Positions 60,901-64,000 of a DNA stretch of 64,000 nucleotides are shown one piece after another. The translations under genes and the position numbers were made by a program. The stretch is from Parasitella parasitica NRRL 2501 (lineage: Eukaryota; Fungi; Mucoromycota), in contig MU619374.1 in NCBI GenBank assembly GCA_025201805.1, forward strand, positions 1 through 64,000, in the 5' to 3' direction. Each line of letters opens with the position of its first letter. Positions within the stretch are counted from its first letter, which is position 1. The notes below the pieces were generated by a model that was not told the origin of the DNA, searched no databases, and saw only the letters and a list, made by a program, of their open reading frames with translations.

Positions 60901-62434
60901 TACTAATATAGGGTGAAAAAGAAAGATGGAAAAGTTTTTAAATGTGTTTTTGCAGTTCAAACCCACCATTCTGGGCTGCGACTAGGAAACTTTTGGTAAT
61001 TCATTATGATGAATCTATACAGGCAATGTTTAAAGAGCTTCTACTTTGAATAAAAATGCATGACCGTATATTTCAAGTTTTTATAATTTTCCAAAGTATC
61101 TGAAAATGGGATGCACTTGATTTTATGACGGATTACTCGAAAGTCAAGAAGCAGCTGTACAGACATACTTGACCATGCAGACTTGGCCTTCTTGACGCCT
61201 ATAAGAATGACGAAAAATTAGGACAACATTATGAAATGCAATTTACCATGTATTTTTTTTACCTTGCCATTCTGTCAATGTATTCCATTTAGTGACAGGG
61301 GCACCGCAAATTTTGTTAGCATTTGGCTTTTGAAGAGGATTGTGGACCTTAATCACAACATTGTTGTCATTTTCATCCTAATTGACACTGTGGTTAGAGC
61401 TAACCACAGAGCCTGCGTTACTGTAATGATCACCCATTTTAGAGCACTGAAGAAAGAAATTTCACTGCTTGTTTTTGAAAACTTGAAGCAAATTGTTCCT
61501 TGGAATGGGAGTTCGCTCAGGGCAGCTACACCAGTGGCAAAGTTGGTTTTTGGAAATATGTTCCCGGCTGTCTGTAGGCAATATGCGTCCAATAACCTTC
61601 TACCTCTTTATCCTCTCAAGATAGTTCTTGATGTACTTGGCACAGCGTTTTTCCTGGTTTTTATCGATAAAAGGCTGCATTTTATTTTTTGACAACCAAG
61701 ATTAGTCAATGTAGACTGATATAACCACGTTGTGCACGAAAAAAAACAAATCAAGACTTGTCAGTCTCAATCAATAACGGAGCAACAGTAGGGATAACAG
61801 CAGGGTTATAGAGGCCAAGAAACCGCATTAGCAGTGGTAAGAGCCAGTTTACAAGCAGGAAGTAGGTGAGGGCGTTTATATGTATTTTGTTTTAAAATAC
61901 CCTGTTTACGGGCAGATACAAATGATTATGAACGTGGATTATTTACCAACGACTACGTGGAAGTAGGGATAGAGTCAAGAGAGAACAAGAGGCAAAATTA
62001 ACAGTGAATAAAAAAAACCAGAATGAATAAATGTACTTTATACATGCGTGTTCCCTTTAGAGTCATATATTTGTATACTTTCGCGTATTTCAATGTAGTA
62101 GCGACGAATCTTGCATGATACATCTATCCCAAGTTATAGACAGTTGTTAACATCAACTGTCTTGCCATGAAGCCGTTATGCGCATATAATATCAATCAGC
62201 TTGCTTGGATGCAGTCAAAGGACGAATGTTGATCTATTTATCAGAAAATACATTGTATGGATTAACTAAGGTTCTTTTAAACGCAATCGCTCTGATAACT
62301 CATGGGTACTCAGGAAAGTGCTTCTGCTTCTCACTCTATTCAAACCCCTCTTGGATGTAAATTAAGCTTATATTAACTCTTCCTTTTCAACTTTTTTATT
62401 ACAACTTGCTTTTTATTTTTATTTTTCAAATACC

Positions 62435-64000
62435 ATGGCATCTTCCAATTTGGCGTTTGAGTTGTTTACTCTTCCTACACGAGTGGATAACAGCGCTTTT
62501 TGGGCAAATGTTAAAGAAAACAGTTGCTTTATATTGCAGCAAACAAAGACACAGAGAAGCGGCCTTATGAGAAGTGTGCTGGGCACCTTACAGAATGTGT
62601 ATGCTGTTTGTATTTCGTTCTATCTGTGCAAATCTAACCATAAGCGATAGGCTGGATACAAAGCAATCTCCTTATCGCATTTTGTTTCGACGTGTAAACG
62701 GCACAAACCTACAAATTGCAGTTGCTGAAACAGAAAAAAAGGCAGAGATAGTGTGGGGCTGGATCGAATGTAAGATTCGAAGAAATGACTAGAAATTTTA
62801 GCGGTATTAATGTAGCGTACAGTGAATTTGCTGCCGTCGCTTGATAATCTTGATATGGAGGATTCGGAGCCGTTTGTTGTAACAAAGATAACCTCGATCG
62901 TTACACGCAGAGGTATTTTTTTTTTCACGCCTTGTAGTACATTTCTTCTAAACACCTGCATAGATTCTGGCACAGATGAAATCTCTACAGACGAGAAAGT
63001 CAGAAAAGCATCAAGAAGCTTTAGACAAACATTCGATGTATCTTCCTCTGAGCGACTTGTCAACTGTAAGCGTTGCGACCAAATAGGAGGCAAAATCGAA
63101 TACTGATAGTCTGTTTACTTAGATTACTCTAGTGCGTATCATACAAATCGATTCACTAGTCAAGGATGGCTTTACATTAGCGAAAACTATCTTGCCTTTT
63201 ATTCATTTTTGCTTGGCTATGAAACAAAATTGCTGTTGGAGCTGAAAGATATACAGGATATCAAAAAGGAGCGATCGAAACGTGGTGTGTTTTCAGATGC
63301 GATAAAGATTTCCCTAAAGGATAAAAGTGAAGTATGTGAATCTGTATAAAAAAAAAGGGGGGGGGATTATACATTATTATCCGTTAAACTAACTTGGGCG
63401 CTCGCTAGCATTTTTTCTCCAATCTTTTCAAAAGAGATGAAGTCTATGACATTTTGGTTCAATTGACAGGATTAGCCATGCAACGAGTTTTAAAGAGTAC
63501 AGCCTTAGAACACGCACCAGGAAGCGATGTATCGATCGACATTAAGGATAGCGATATTGATGCGATTAAAGATTCAGAAGTATCATCCAACAAAATCGCC
63601 TCTCTGCCTGCTGCTGAAATCAGGAAATTAATGCAGCCTCTCAAAACCAATCTGGCAGCCCAAAAACGTGATGAACGATATAGAGCTAAATTTCGATTAC
63701 CACCAACCGAACATTTGATTTATTCATTTAGTGCTGTTCATCCTGTCGACGAGGAGGCTAGTGATTCTGCTGCTACTTCCAGCAATAACCATGAAAGAAA
63801 GACTACGAATTATAATGGCGTACTGTGTTTATCAGAGGCTTACCTGACATTCAGCTCCACAGATCCAGGCTGTTATTTTGAAGTGGTCATGCCACTGTAT
63901 ACCATCCGCCGGGTAGAAAAACTATCAGATAGGCCTGATACGTTGCCTATCAAAATTGTCAATTGGCACCAATCTGAATCAGTGTATTATTTGAATGTGT
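62435..64000 (+). CDS. GRAM-domain Rab-GAP (Gyp2/Mdr1, TBC1D8/9-like), 5' part only
   Basis: FILQQ..SVLGTLQNV/LDTKQSPYRILF, FRQTFDV..ERLVN/YYSSAY..QGWLYISENYLAFYSFLLG, HFFSNLFKRDEVYDILVQL, FRLPPTEHL; runs off the window before any TBC domain. Confidence 0.85.

Noticed and set aside
61231-61692. 153-aa plus-strand ORF
   Set aside because: No recognisable motif and composition typical of an antisense or non-coding read.

Overview
Gene-dense eukaryotic DNA with short (~55-75 nt) GT-AG introns, AT-rich intergenic tracts, many homopolymers and microsatellites, and three small N gaps. Gene content and intron style suggest a Mucorales-like fungus (inference). About 24 protein-coding genes are supported: FKBP-TPR, VMA13, citrate synthase, PAP2 phosphatase, PMT4, choline kinase, GH27 glycosidase, DDHD phospholipase, PPIL2, a Crz1-like C2H2 factor, SHP1/p47, an NFKBIL1-like protein, CIA1, a FAR1-like polyQ factor, an F-box-like protein, a PPR protein, APD1, PRM10, a kinesin-4-like protein, an MFS transporter, RSM7, BOS1, RPL19, LTO1 and the 5' part of a GRAM-TBC protein. 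Two small orphan ORFs and decayed coding remnants are also present. No rRNA, tRNA or CRISPR was seen. The strongest leads are a kinesin with an eroded switch I, two X-box (RFX) palindromes upstream of the Crz1-like factor, a signal-peptide-less GH27 resembling bacterial enzymes, two convergent gene pairs with overlapping or abutting stop codons, and a telomere-like G-rich array in an intron of the FAR1-like factor. Gene ends and splice sites were read by eye and family calls rest on recalled motifs, not searches.
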